This document shows, piece by piece, positions 43,020 through 59,279 of a stretch of 64,000 nucleotides of DNA. This DNA comes from Eledone cirrhosa (lineage: Eukaryota): positions 307,334,001-307,398,000 of the forward strand of contig OZ024741.1 of NCBI GenBank assembly GCA_964016885.1, read 5' to 3'. A model generated the notes under the pieces. That model worked only from the letters and a program-made list of their open reading frames with translations. It searched no databases and was not told the DNA's origin. The first letter of the stretch is position 1. The number at the start of each line of letters is the position of its first letter. The position numbers and the translations under genes were made by a program.

Positions 43020-46000
43020 CTCCGGATGGTATAGACGTTCTTCACATCGGCTCCTCGAGTATTGGAGATATTACGTGTTAACAGTAAGTATTTGTCTGTA
43101 TTCTTGCGTTATTGTGTTAATTAACCCCCTTGCCTGGGTCTTCGGACATTAGGGTTAATTTATTTCACCCCTTTTGGGGTGAAATTTTTCATCCTAAAAA
43201 TCTTGTAATTGTCTCTACGCTAGTGGTAATGGAAGCCATTACCACAGGTAACGATGACACACCCACTAAACAAACTGAAGGAGAGCGGGTAGCGGAGGCA
43301 AAAAGCCTCCCCACTGAAAGAATAATGATTATTAGAAACATTGAAAAAATGGAACCTAACCCTAATGAAAAAAATGTGAAAAAAATTGACTCGGAGAAAT
43401 TGCCAAAATTAATGGATGCCGATTCGACTTTTCACGATGCCACGCCCACCAGCAAAGGTGAAAGAGAAGTAGTAGCTGTGACTACAAGTCTCTCGGATAC
43501 TGAAAATATAAGTTAACATTTTGATAAAATGGAGTCTAACCCCAACGGGGAAAAAATGTGAACGCATACACCAACATAAATAACACAAACACAACAAAAA
43601 ATGAAAATTGTAACAACAAAAAACAAGAAAACCACATTTCGACAAATGTAAACAGAGAGGGGGCGAACAAAATGACGTTCGCGCAAAGCATAAAAAAAAC
43701 TATCGTGTACGAACCTATTGACATTTCGAACATGGTCCAGCAAATGGAAAATACACGGAAGTATATGACTTTGGAGGAGAATGGTCTATTTTCTTTAAAT
43801 TCTCCCCCAGAGCTAGAAAAGGAAAATAGCTTAAAAACTATTATTTATAGGACAATATCAAGTTAAAATCAACTGAAAACAATCTCACCCATCTCCCCAC
43901 ACAAATACAATAACACCCACACCACAAACAAGAGCCGAAAATGAACCCCTCCTTCGAATACGGAAGACGAACCCCTTTCGTCGTCAGACACTTTCATAAA
44001 GTTAAAAGAAAAAAAAAGAAAACACACCACAGGAACACAAATACAAACAACCCCTCCCCAAGACATAACACAGATATCAACACAAAAAAACACGCAACAA
44101 CAGCAAACAAAAAACATCACGCAAAAAGAAAAATTTGCATATACTTACATAAATACAATAAACAAAAAACTGTTAAACGTTATTTATAATAACAACTTAA
44201 TAAAAACCGAAGGTTCGAATTTCGCACAAGCAACGGGGCTTCCCCATCTAAAAATGATAAAAGCCCCAATGGACATTTAGAAAACGTTAAAAGACACTTT
44301 TAAAGAGGACGTGGCGCCCCCCTGCGTCAGACCCATTAACCGTGTCCTCCTAAAAAATGTCCCCCCCCCAGACACCCACACAATTCCAAACACCCCAACC
44401 CCACCACACACTGATGCCCCTACACTTCCACAAACGACCACCCACCCAACAACCCATCCCACACCCCCATGGAAATTGTGCGGCCCGGTCCCCGGGACGC
44501 AGAGAGGTAAGTGCCTTTTCTCTTTACCACCAACATGGCTGTGTTGAGAATAGGTTGTCTAAATGCGCGTGGCCTGGCCTCACCTTCGAAGCAAGCAATG
44601 CTTCTAAATGACCTCAGGTTACGATGTATAAATGTGATGGTTATTTGCGAGGCCCGGATCAGCAGTGTGCGACAGCTTTGATGACTTTGAGATGCACGCA
44701 TCTCTCTGTCAGTCCGGAGGTGGGGGTGGGGTTGTCGTTCTGCTGCAAAAACATCTGGGTCTCGCTACACAGACGGTACACTTGGACCCGGAGGGTCGAT
44801 TAGTGGTTCTGGACATTGGCAGTGGTGAAGGCGGAGCTTTTAGGCTGGTCGCCGTCTATGCCCTTTTGGGTCAACGCGGCCGGACTTCTTCCATCGTCTG
44901 GAAACTTTTCTAGGGACGTCCCGCTCCTCCTTTTAGTGGGGGACTGGAATGGTATCCTAGATGCACGTTGGGACTATGTAGAGGCTTGTCCTGATAGAGG
45001 GGGTTGTAACAGCCTCAAGAGGTTAATCGGCCGATTCGACCTGGCCGATAGATATCGACTAGATTTTCCGACTGTGCCAACCTGGACTTGGAGAAACGAT
45101 AGCGGTCAATCTAGATCGTACCTAGATAGGTTCTTAGTTAGAAATAAGGATAGGGGCTTTTTAAGTTGTCAAAAAATTCTCATGGTTGGCTATTCAGACC
45201 ACAAGTTAGTGACCTCCATGGTCAACCTTGATAGAACGCATTGACAGGGACCCGGTTACTGGAAGCTCAACTTGTCCTTACCGGCAAGTAAAGCTTACAG
45301 GAACCGGATTAGTACATTAGTTAAGGAGCGGTTGACGGGCGCCATTGTCAACAGCAGGTGGTGGGCTCTCTCAAAAGAGAGATTAGAGTAGCTTCAATAG
45401 GAGTTAGTGAGGAGTTAGCCTTAGATAGAAATAGGAAGGAAAGGGAGTTGGTAGATAGTGTAGAAGAGGCAATTAGAAGCGGCGACGTAGCCAGAATGCT
45501 AGCGTCGAGAATGGCCTTGGGCCAGTTCTTCGACGCGAAACACGAAGGCTGCGTTGTCCGAAGAAAAATACGTGCTCTGGGAAACGAGGGGTCCAAAGCT
45601 GTTAGCTGGGCCCGCGTGACAGAAGACAAAAGTGGGACTAGATTTACTATCCGGTCTTTGCGAGACCAGGATGGACGGGTGATCCTTGAGCCTAAGCAGA
45701 TGTGCGAGGCCTTTCAAAGGCACTTTGCCCGATTGTTCGGAAGAGACGAGGGGCCGGATGGGGATGTGGACCTCGGTCCATACCTCGACGGCCTGCCGCG
45801 TCTTTCAGACGAGGAGGCGAAGTCCTGCTAGAGGCCGATCTCAGCTGCTGAAATAGGGGACGTGCTGAGCCGATGCGGCAGACGCAAATCTCCGGGCCTC
45901 GATGGTCTTCCATACGAACTGTATTTAAGTATGCCGGTCTTGTTCTTCGATCTCCTCGAAGTGGTCTACTGCAACTGGCAACAGAACGGGAGAATTCCCT

Positions 46001-48180
46001 GTTCTGTGACCAAGGGCGTAGTCTCGCTAGTGAGGAAGGATGAGAACAAGGGGGATGAAATAAGTAATTTTAGGCCCATAACACTGCTAAATGCACAGTT
46101 AAAGATTTTGGCCAAGGTGTTAGCAAAGAGGTTGGCACTTGTCGTGGGCAACCTGGTGGGAGATGTGCAGACATGCGCCATCCCGTCCAGGTCCATTCAC
46201 GACAACCTCCATCTCATGCGATACATCATAGAGAGAGTTGGGAACGAACCCGGCTTTGGTGGGGCCCTGATCAACTTGGATCAATCTAAGGCGTTCGTTA
46301 GGGTCGACCATCATTACCGGGATGCGGTGCTAGTGGCGGCAGGTTTCGGACCCGTTTTCAGGGGCTGGATCACTGCCATGCACAGCAGCCGCATCTGCTC
46401 TAGGGTCAAGGTGAACGGCTACCTCTCGAAGCCGTTCGAAATCATACGGTCCATCCGACAGGGATGCCCTCTCTCATCCCTTCTGTATATATTGGCCCTA
46501 TAGCCACTGCTGCGGAAGTTGGAGTTGTTACAGGGCATCCCTTTGGAACCGGCATTGCGGAAAGCGGTGTCGGCCTACGCCGATGACGTGACAGTAATGG
46601 TGTCAACCGCCTCGGAAATCGAAGTGATCGGCACCTTACTGGAGGAATACGAAACCTTTACAGGGGCTAAGCTGAACCGGGACAAGTCAGTCGGTTTGCA
46701 ACTCGGCGAGTGGAGGGGCAAACCGATGGCCTCCAACGGCGTCGTCGGACCTTGGACGGAGGGCCCGGTGAAGTTGCTCGGGGTCTGGTTCGGGCCAAAC
46801 CTCCAGGTGGAGAAGAACTGGGGTGAGGTATTGAACAGGGCGTTCGCGCTGACGCGGAAGTGGGCTGAGTGCAAACTATCCCTGAAAGGTCGGGCGGAGG
46901 TGGCGAACGCTTATATAGCGTCCGTCATCTATTACCGCCTGACCGTCGTGCCTTGTCCAAGGGAAACGCTCATCAAAATGGAGCGCGCACTCTTCCAATT
47001 CCTTTGGAAGAAGCGGGCTCCTTTGGTGAGGAGATCCATCTGCTGTCAACACCCTTCGAAAGGAGGGCTGGGGATGCCGTGGCTGTTGATGCGTAAACAC
47101 GCATTAAGGCTACGGCACCTCCAGGTATTCCTCACCGGTCAACCGGTGTGAGCCCCGTTTGTGAGGCGAGCCTTTCCGAGACTCATCTCGCTCACCGAGC
47201 TGCAGTCCTGGGTCAAGCAAAGACCGAGAAAACTGGGCGCCTGGCACACCGAGTGTGCCCAGGCGCTCACGGCTCTCTGGCAGGCGGACCCGACTATCGG
47301 TGGAGACTCCACCTCGTCATTCTATAGAGGGCTGGTGGTTAGTAGGTGTGACGACGCCCTCGGACAAGCCCTAGGCATGGAGGAAGACCAACTGGCCAGC
47401 CTATTCGGGAGGACATTTGGCCCGGGACCTATGGACACCTTCCAGAAGTCCCTGGCATGGCCTACCGAGGGGCGCTGCCCGTTCGAGAAAAGCTCTACAG
47501 ACACGGGCGCCCGGGTAGGGACCCCTCGAAAAGAATCTGTCCCAGATGCGTGCGCGATGAGGTAACCGTTGCGCACGCATTGGTACACTGTTCGGACGTT
47601 GCCGATCTGTGGGGCTATGTCGAACGACTGCTATCACGGGTAGGACCAATCCGGTTGAGCACTGAGTCCATTCTAACGATCAAGCAGCCTCCCCCCCTTC
47701 AACAATGAAGGAGAGGCGGTCTTCCTCTGTGTAATAGCCATGGTAAAAGAGGTGGTATGGTGGACACGTTTGAAAGGGCTGAGGTCGGACACCTTTCTCT
47801 CCGGCCAACAACTGGTCCTTTTCTTTAAATACCATTTTAAGAGAAGGATCAGAATGGAGAGAGAGGTGCTCTACCTCAGCAAGTTTTATGAAAGGTGGGT
47901 GAAAGTAGCGAGAATGGCCCGTGTGAATGGACCTTCTCTCTTTATCAGCCTGTATGTGGAAAGGTGGAAGTTGAAAGGAGCACCCCCTCTCTGTACTCCT
48001 AAGGAAAAGGGTTGCACACCTTTTCGGGGGTGTGTGTAACCTCCAAAACGCCTCCTCCCTATTGAGGACTGTATTGTTAATTTTATATTTGTTATTTGTT
48101 TTTTACTCGCTCCTTTATGTAACCCCCACCCTTGTATTTGTCCCCTTCTTTGTGCCCTAGTGGCAAATATATAGAAACTT
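43020..48180 (+). mobile_element. Near full-length decayed Tx1/L1-clade non-LTR retrotransposon (broken ORF1; ORF2 APE-RT from ATG 44535)
   Basis: GCLNARGL, VGDWN, SYLDRF, SDHK, GYWKLN, KSPGLDGLP, FRPITLLN, LDQSKAF, RQGCPLS, AYADD, KGGLG, CPRC zinc-knuckle; multiple stops and frameshifts; followed by (atct)n. Confidence 0.9.
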
Positions 48181-48274
48181 ATCTATCTATCTATCTATCT
48201 ATCTATTATCTATAAAGAAAGCTATCAATGTATCTATCTAGGTTGCTAGTTAGTTAGCGATGTAGCTATCTATC

Positions 48275-49850
48275 TAACAAATCGAGGAAGTCGGCACCTT
48301 GTTGAAGGAATACGAAAGGTTCACAGGAGCAAAGCTGAACCGGGACAAGTCTGTCGGTTTGCAACTCGGATCGTGGAGAGGCAAACCGATGCCTCCGATG
48401 GCGTCGTCGGACGCTGGACGGAAGGACCGGTGAAGCTGCTCGGGGTCTGGTTTGGTCCGGACCTCCAGGTGGAGAAGAACTGGAACGAGGTGGCGGCCAA
48501 GGTGTTTGCACTCACCCAGAAGTGGGCAGAGTGCAAACTATCCTTGACAGGTCGAGCGGAGGTGGCGAACACTTTCATAGCGTCCGTCATCTACTACCGC
48601 TTGACCGTCGTGCCTTGTCCAGCCAAAACGCTCACCAGAATGGAGCGCGCGCTCTTCCAATCCCTTTGGAAGAAGCGGGCCCCTTTTGTGAGAAGATCCA
48701 TCTGCTGCCAACACTCTTCAAACGGAGGGCTGGGGATGCCGTGGCTGACGATGCACAAACACGCGCTCAGGCTGCGGCATCTCATCGTATTCCTCACCGG
48801 ACGACCGGTGTGGGCCCCGTTCGTGAGGCGAGCCTTCCCACGACTCGTCTCGCTAACCGAGCTGCAGTCCTGGGTCAAGCAAAGACCGAGAAAAATGGGC
48901 AACTGGCAATCGAATGTGCTCAGGCGCTCACAGCCCTCTGGCAGGCGGACCCGTCGATCAGTGGAGACTCCACTTCGACATTCTATAGAGGGTTGGTCCG
49001 CAGCAAGTGCGACGACGCGCTTGGAGAAACTTTAGGCGTAGAGGAAGACAAAGTGGCCAGTCTCTTCTGTAGGACCTTCCGCCCGGGACCGATGGACAAC
49101 TTCCAAAAGCCCCTGGTCCGGCAGTGCTACCGAGTAGCTCTACCAGTTTGAGACAAGCTCTACAGACAAGGGCGCCCGGGCAGGGACCCTTCGAAAAAGA
49201 TCTGTCCGAGATGCGTGCGAGACGAAGAAACCGCCGCGCACGCATTCGTACACTGCCCGGGCGTTACCGACCTGTGGGGTTACGTAGAATGACTATTGTA
49301 GCGGGTGGGACCAATCCGGTTGACCACCGAGTCCATTGTCATGATCAAACCGCCACCCTCCTTCAAAAACGAAGGAGAGGCGGTTTTCGTTTGTGTAATA
49401 GCTATGGCGAAAGAGGTTGTATGGTGGTCGAGGTTAAAAGGGGTGAGGTCAGACACTTTCTCTCCGGCCAACAACTGATTCTTTTTTTCAAATACCACTT
49501 TGGAAGAAGAATCAGGATGGAGAGAGAGGTGCTGTACCCCAGCAAGTTTTATGAAAGGTGGGTGAAAGTGGCGAGAATGGCCCGACTGAATGTGCCTTCT
49601 CAGCCCGTAGGTTGAGGAAAAAGAGGAAGAGAGGAAAGGGGTACTCACTCTTCGTACTCCTTGAGATGAGGGTTGCACATTTTTTCGGGGGTATGTGTTA
49701 CTCATATGAAATGTCTCCCCCTATTGGGGAAAATCGATTAATTTTTAAATTGCATTTGTGATAGTATTTTACACGATTTTATTGTATGTAAACTTCCACC
49801 TTTGTATATGTCCCCTTCTTTTGTGCCCCTGTGGCTAATAAAGAAACATA
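48275..49850 (+). mobile_element. Second, diverged 5'-truncated Tx1/L1 copy in tandem
   Basis: Homologous to 46615-48180 (WTEGPVKLLGVWFGP); same type of 3' end. Confidence 0.9.
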
Positions 49851-49904
49851 TCTAACTGCCTGTCTGTCTCCGTGTCTGTCTGTCTGTCTGTATGTATGTA
49901 TGTA

Positions 49905-50210
49905 TATATGTTCTTCTGGTTTTATAATTTCACAAAGTTTTACCAATAGAGAGAGAGTCGGTTTCTAACATAAACACAAGACTCTCTCATTGGAATTTAC
50001 ACAACATCAACTAGGTAGATATGTATGTATGTATGTGTAGATATGGATGTTATTGTATGTGTGGATGTGTATGTTTTGAGTTGTATGTGTGCATGTGTAT
50101 ATGCTTTGTATCTGTACATGTGTATATGCAGTTATTAGATGCAAAATTTTTGGAATGTTTTACATATTTTTACTGTTCCATTAATGGATTGTACTTGTAG
50201 TTTCCTAAGT
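49905..50210 (-). mobile_element. RLE-type retrotransposon 3' end (copy 2)
   Basis: Matches 31812-32110. Confidence 0.75.
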
Positions 50211-50329
50211 AAGTACGTACGTATGTATGTGTAGATTGCGTACGAAATCTCTTACTCTTATTGCGTCAATCATAATTATCTACATGCCAATAGTGAGTTC
50301 AATGATGTGTAATAATCTCCTCTGTTGAA

Positions 50330-51630
50330 GTGGAGCTGGTGGTGGTGGCGGCGGCGGTGGTTTGGCGGCGGCTCTGGTGGTGGTGGTGGCGTTAATACTG
50401 GTAATGTTGTTAGTGGTAATAGTGATGGTGGTAGTGGTGGTGATGATGATGGTAATGGTGTTGGTGTTGTTATTAGTGGTTGTGGTGTTGGTGATAGTGA
50501 TGGTGATGGTGGTGGTGGTGGTGGTGGTGGCGTTAATGGTGGTAATGTTGTTAGTGGTAATGGTAATGGTGGTGTTGTTGTTGTTAGTGGTTATGTTGGT
50601 AGTGGTGGTAGTACTAATAATGGTAGTAGTGGTAGTGGTAGTGGTTATGTTGGTAGTGGTGGTAGTGGTAGTGGTTATGTTGGTAGTGGTGGTAGTGGTA
50701 GTGGTTATGTTGGTAGTGGTGGTAGTACTAATAATGGTAGTGGTGGTAGTGGTAGTGGTTATGTTGGTAGTGGTGGTAGTACTAATAATGGTAGTGGTGG
50801 TAGTGGTAGTGGTTATGTTGGTAGTGGTGGTAGTACTAATAATGGTAGTGGTGGTAGTGGTAGTGGTTATGTTGGTAGTGGTGGTAGTGGTAGTGGTTAT
50901 GTTGGTAGTGGTGGTAGTGGTAGTGGTGGTGATGGCGGAGGTGGTGCTGATGGTGGTGGTGGTGCTGATGGTGGTGGTGGTGCTGATGGTGGTAGTGGTG
51001 CTGATGGCGGTGGTGGTGCTAATGGCGGTGGTGATGCTGATGGTGGTGGTGGTGCTGGTGGCGGTGGTGGTGCTGATGGCGATGGTGGTGATGGTATGAT
51101 GGTGGTGTTAATGGTGTAGTTGATATAGTGGTGTTGGAGATGATAGCGTAGTTAATTGTGTGATGGTGGTTGTAGTGGTGGTGTGGGCTGGGGTAGTGGT
51201 GTATGTGGTGGTAGTCATGGTGGGGATGTTGGTGTTGATAGGGATATTGGTGATGATGGGGATACTGGGGATGGTGGTGATATGGTTGGTGTTTGAGATT
51301 GAGGTAGTGGTGGTGGTGGTGATAGTGGTGGTGGTGTTTATAGTGGTGGTGGTGTTTATAGTGGTGGTGGTGTTTATAGTGGTGGTGGTGGTGATAGTGG
51401 TGGTGGTGTTTATAGTGGTGGTGGTGGTGATAGTGGTGGTGGTGTTTATAGTGGTGGTGGTGGTGATAGTGGTGGTGGTGTTTATAGTGGTGGTGGTGGT
51501 GGTGATAGTGGTGGTGGTGTTTATAGTGGTGGTGGTGGTGGTGATAGTGGTGGTGGTGTTTATAGTGGTGGTGGTGTTTATAGTGGTGGTGGTGTTTATA
51601 ATGGTGGTGGTGTTTATAGTGGTGGTGGTG
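50330..51630. repeat. (GGT)n-based low-complexity tract with higher-order units
   Basis: Repeated ggttatgttggtagtggtggtagt, ggtgctgat and gtgtttatagtg units. Confidence 0.9.
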
Positions 51631-51852
51631 TTATATGTATGTATGTGTGTGTGTGTGGTGTGTGCATGTGGTGCGTGAGGCATGTGTGTGCATCTGGTGT
51701 ATGTGGTATGTGTGTGGAGCACGTGTGTGTGTGTATGTTGTAAGCACGGAGTGCGTGTGTATATATGTATGCACTTAATCTTTATCCATGTGACTAAGCA
51801 AAGTTCCTAATTAATTGTCAATAAGATCAAATATACTGGCAAATGAATCAGT

Positions 51853-51914
<62 letters not shown>

Positions 51915-51945
51915 CATAAATATAGATATATATAAATAAACATAA

Positions 51946-51995
<50 letters not shown>

Positions 51996-52077
51996 TATAT
52001 CTACATATGATATATATATGCATATACATACACACATACATACATATATAGGTGTATATATATATATGTATATATAC

Positions 52078-52144
<67 letters not shown>

Positions 52145-52861
52145 CCCACATATATATACACATACACACATATATATATATATACACACACATATATATA
52201 TACACATAGATACATGCACACACATATATATATATACACATACACACACGCGCACACACACACACATATATATATATATATACACATAAGGATATGACCT
52301 TCAGGTAACTCCTGTGCACTTCTGTACATATGCACACATTGCAAATTCGCATTAAGTTACGTCTGCAGTTTTTAAATACATACATACATATTGTACAATA
52401 TACGTGCTTACCTATACATACATACATACATACCTACATACATACATACCTACATACATACGTACATACATACATATTGTACAATATACGTGCTTACCTA
52501 TACATACATACATACATACCTACATACACACACACATACATACATATATACATACATACATACGTACATACATACATACGTACATACATATTGTACAATA
52601 TACGTGCTTACCTATACATACATACATACCTACATACATACGTACATACATACATATTGTACAATATACGTGCTTACCTATACATACATACATACATACA
52701 TACATACATACCTACATACATACGTACATACATACATACATACATACATACATACATACGTACACACATTCAAGAATACATATATACAGACATACATGAA
52801 TATACATACATAAAACTATACGTATTTAGACACACAAATCCACCCAAATACAGACACACTC

Positions 52862-52917
<56 letters not shown>

Positions 52918-54116
52918 GCACAAACACATACATATACCATCTTCATTTTCTTATGGTCACCTGAAATTACGGAGTAGTGTAAGTAAACACATGCGGGTGT
53001 ATATATATACATACTTATATTAATATATACATTAGCATGCCTAAATAAATATACACGCATATAAATACATTCATATATTAAAACATACTTATATATAAAT
53101 ATATGCAATGACATGCATGCATACCTAAACACCTTGGTATCTGCATATATATACTTATGTCTATATATAACATTTATGCATATGTGTGTGTATATATATC
53201 AGTGTTTATATGCTTCTCACATGCATATATACATATATGCGTATGTATAGAATTGTTTGAATGAGAAAACAAATATACACATACCTATATATGTGTATAT
53301 ATAGTATATATGCATATGTGTACATGTATTAATCTATGTATATACGTATGTGTTTCAATATATTGAATTGAATTTAAGGTGCACATCTACTAAATACTGA
53401 GGCGATACATGTACTTCGTACATATGTATGTATTTATGTATATGCCTGTATGTATGTATGTATGTATGTATGTATGTATGTATGTATGTATGTATGTATG
53501 TATGTATGTATGTATGTATTTATGTACTTATGTATGTATGCATGCCTGTTATATCTTTCTCTTAATTTCGAGTATATTTTTTTGACCGGCCACCTTCCTG
53601 GTGGCAAGGTTGTAAAAGAAAAGAAATTGTCATCCCTTGAATCGCAAGAATGTTTTGTAAATTTTGAAGGTGCCATTTGTAGACTATGAATTAGGGAGCT
53701 GCGCTTTTTGTCCGCAAATCCTTAGTGCCATCTGTCTCAATATATTCTTCCTCGTTTGTTGTATGTATGTATTTATGTATGTATTTATGTATGGTAAATA
53801 TCATCTTGGTTAAGAGAGTGGGACTGGCTTTGTGCAGTGCCTTTGCTCACTATAAAAGCTTCACGGCACAGGCATTGCTTTATATCTGGAGATCTCTCTG
53901 CACTTGTCGTCACATGGTACCATGGGCCCAGCACTATGTGTCAATAATTGTCACAAGTGTAGTGTTTGTACCAGAGTTTTCAAGTCGCTGGCTGGACTAA
54001 AAAGTCACATTCGTTCAGCTCATCAGTAGGGGTTCTCCTACATGGATATAAAGTAGTGGCCGTACTTGAAAACGAGTTGGCAGCCACCATTTATGTATGT
54101 ATGTATGTACGTATGT

Positions 54117-54400
54117 ATGTTCTTCTTGGTTTATAATTTCACAATTTTTTACCAATAGAGAGAGAGTCAGTTTCAAACATAGTTACAAGACTCTCTCATT
54201 GGAATTTAAACAACATCAACTAGGTAGATATGTCTGCATGTCTGCATGATTGCATGTGTGTGCAGGTATGGATGTTAATGTATGTGTGGATGTGTATCTT
54301 TTGATTTATATGTGTGCATATGCATATGCTTTGTATCTGTATATGCAGTTATTAGACAGAGTTTTTCGAATGTTTTACATATTTTTAATGGATTGCACTT
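54117..54400 (-). mobile_element. RLE-type retrotransposon 3' end (copy 3)
   Basis: Matches 31812-32100 and 49905-50195; abuts (tatg)n. Confidence 0.72.
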
Positions 54401-55421
54401 GTATGTATGTATGTATGTATGTATGTATGTATGTATGTATGTATGTATGCATGAATGTATGTAATTATTTTTTTTGCGGAGCGTGAGACTCTTAGTCTTC
54501 ATTAAGACATCTCTCTAGAAGAAGGTCACGCTAATATAAAACCTGCGACTTAATTTGCATTCAAATATGTAGACCAGTTCTACGTTTTGGGTAAATGCAT
54601 TTGATGTTCAGAGAGTAGGATTGGCCCCGTGCAAAACCTTTCTACACTTAAAAAAGCTTCAAGCACAGGCATCGCTTGACATGTGACACTTTTATTGCGA
54701 TGCATGGAATTGCTGGCTATAGGTAAGACTCTAGCATGATTAAAAAGCCACGTCCTTGATGCTCATGCTTAAGTATGAAGCGATGGCATTACTCGAAATC
54801 GAGTTGCAACCATCATGTTTGTATGTATGTATGTATGTATGTATGTATGTATGTATGTATGTATGTATGTATGTATGTATGTATGTATGCATGTATGTAT
54901 TTATGTATTTATGCTATGTCAAGAGGCTCTCAAGCGCTACTGGCAACATGAAACCCAGTACAACCTATTGCATGGTCGGGAGGCTGATCTTGGACATTGT
55001 ACGGAATAAAGAAAAAAAACTCGCCAAAAGGGCGGAGGAACTCATGAGAGTGAACAACCATCTAAGAGTGTATATATATATATAATAGTCTGTGTGAATG
55101 TGTAAGAGAGTATGTATGTATTTTTGTACGTAAGTACGTATGTATGTATATATGAATGTACTTACGTAGGTACGCACTTACGTACGTCTGTATGTACGTA
55201 TGTATATATGATGTATGTAAGTATGTATGTACGTATGATGTATGTATCTATGTATATTTGTATGTATGTATGTATGCATGAGTGTTTATGTGTTTGATTT
55301 GCGTAATCGGGTATAACCAAGGGTGTGATAATCTTTTAAAACTGCCGATCAAGTTTAAGGCAGTCAAACAGACAGACGGAACAAGTGACAGAAACACATA
55401 AATAGATTCGTAGATATGAAT

Positions 55422-55553
<132 letters not shown>

Positions 55554-55592
55554 ACATATATATGTATATATATATATATATATGTATACATA

Positions 55593-55642
<50 letters not shown>

Positions 55643-55668
55643 TATATACATATATATACACACACACT

Positions 55669-55702
<34 letters not shown>

Positions 55703-55951
55703 CGGTGAGAGTGAGAGAGGGAGAGAGAGAGAGAGAGCGAGAGGGAGGGTGAAATTGGGAGAATGAGAAGGCGATTATAAGACGAAATCTGTTAAAGGTG
55801 ACGAACGCTAAGTCTATTACTTAATCTAATCTCCTCTATATGTATTTCCCTGCACCTTATCCTTCATCTCACACCACTACCCACCACTGTATAATTCCTT
55901 TCAAGCCATCTCAACATCTCTCCACACTTTCTAACCACTCTCTCCTTATAT

Positions 55952-56043
<92 letters not shown>

Positions 56044-56118
56044 ACACTCAAACACACTTTTATACACATACTGATATATATTTATATATATATACACACA
56101 CATAAATAAATAAATATA

Positions 56119-56165
<47 letters not shown>

Positions 56166-56168
56166 ATG

Positions 56169-56209
<41 letters not shown>

Positions 56210-56337
56210 GCACACATACGTCTTGTAAACTGCAGCGATAAACGTTAACTTCCTCTTTAATTGACTTCTGATCTTGGAGGTTGGGCAGGTGTCGAGACTG
56301 CCTAGATAATTACTTGCTGCCACTAAGTCGCTCTTTA

Positions 56338-56407
<70 letters not shown>

Positions 56408-56466
56408 ATATGTGCATATATATACACACACATACACACACATACGTATATACATATATATATAAA

Positions 56467-56530
<64 letters not shown>

Positions 56531-56533
56531 TAA

Positions 56534-56597
<64 letters not shown>

Positions 56598-56643
56598 AAA
56601 TATGTATAAATATGTATATATATATATATATATATATGTATAA

Positions 56644-56697
<54 letters not shown>

Positions 56698-56839
56698 AAA
56701 TATGTATATATATATATATGTATAAATATGTATATATATATATATATGTATAAATATGTATATATATATATATGTATAAATATGTATATATATATGTATA
56801 TATATATATATGTATAAATATGTATTTATATATGTATAA

Positions 56840-56917
<78 letters not shown>

Positions 56918-57153
56918 GGTTACAGTATCGTAAAAGAGGATAGAAAGAAGAGGTATAAAGGGTTGCGATACATTTAAATTTAATATGCATGGCGATATAA
57001 AACTTTAAAACTATAATATTACCCTCTTGGGGTGTGTAATTAAAAACTTTGCCTTTAATATCTGCTTCCGACGACCCCCATTGAGTGAAACACGTGTAAG
57101 AGTTATATAAAGATATGTTTTAACGGCTTGCAACTCTTTCATTAATTCTTTTG

Positions 57154-57970
<817 letters not shown>

Positions 57971-58420
57971 GTATGGAGCGACATAAAGACCACTGCCAAC
58001 TGTGTTAAGTCACTGATTTAAATTTCAATCTCGTTATATTAACTCCACCCCAACCGTCTCTCTCTCTTTCACTTACCTGTATTTTACAATAAATTGCCCG
58101 CTTTTGCTCATTCTATACACCTTGGCTCCTTCGTTTTTTCGTTTCCGATTACACTCACTCTCTCTCTCTCGCTCTCTCTATTTGTTTCTCTCTCTGACTA
58201 GTAGTCTCTCTCATATCTACATATTAATCCCCCATCCCCCCCTCTCTCTCTATTTCTCTGTCTCACTTAGTTATCAGATTACTGATCTTCTTAGCGGATC
58301 ACATTTAGCTTAAGCAACATTCCACATATCTTATTAGCAAAAACATTAAAGATAAATAACGAATAAGATGATGATGATACCTACTACTACTACTACTACT
58401 ACTACTATTACTACTGATGA

Positions 58421-58927
58421 TGATAATAATAATAATTGTTTCTACTTTAGGTTCAAGGCCAGCAGTTTTGGGGGAAGGGAAAGTCGATTAAATCGACTCC
58501 AGTATGTTACTGGTATTTTATTTTATCTACCACCTGAAAGGCAAAGCTAAACTCGGCGGGATTCGAACACAGACTGTAAAGGTAGTAACTCTATGCTGCA
58601 AAGCATGGCGTCCGATCCTTTACCGATACTGCTAATCCACAATAATAATAATAATAATAATAATAATAATTGTTTCTACATTTGGCACAAGGCCAGCAAT
58701 TACCCAGTGTATTACTGGTACTTTATTTTATCGACCCCGTAAGGATGAAAGGCAAAGTTAACCTCGGCTGGATTTGAACTCAATAATTGTTTCTGATTTA
58801 GGCACAACGTCAACATTTTTTAAGGGGTGGGAGAAAGTCAATTAAATCGATCCTGTTTGTTACTGGTGCTTTAATTTATCGAGCCCGTAAGAATGACAGG
58901 AAAGCTAACCTCGGTGGGATCTGAACA
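58421..58927 (-). mobile_element. Three stacked tRNA-derived SINE copies (one near full length, two 5'-truncated), (tta)n tails
   Basis: Repeated ttgtttct..aggcacaaggccagc..actggtac..tatcgacccc..ggatgaaaggcaaag..cctcggc..ttgaac at 58436, 58670, 58787. Confidence 0.8.
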
Positions 58928-59144
58928 CCGCGCAGGCTTCCTTGAGAGGACGAGGGCTTCCGTATTTAGCATGTATGTACAAATGACATACAGGATTAAA
59001 TGTATTAGAAAATATAGCTTTAGAACACAGGACCTTGTGATTGAAAAGTACACTTCTTATTGTAGCGACATAACTGAAAAAGGAAATGCAATGTGTTTAG
59101 ATATGTGAGTATGTTTTTTTGTGTAAATTTTAAATAGTTACACA

Positions 59145-59255
<111 letters not shown>

Positions 59256-59279
59256 CCGCGCATATATATATATATATAT

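Noticed and set aside
50325-51119. 264-aa Gly/Ser-rich ORF resembling a structural protein
   Set aside because: TTG start, no signal peptide, open in several frames because it is a GGT-based repeat
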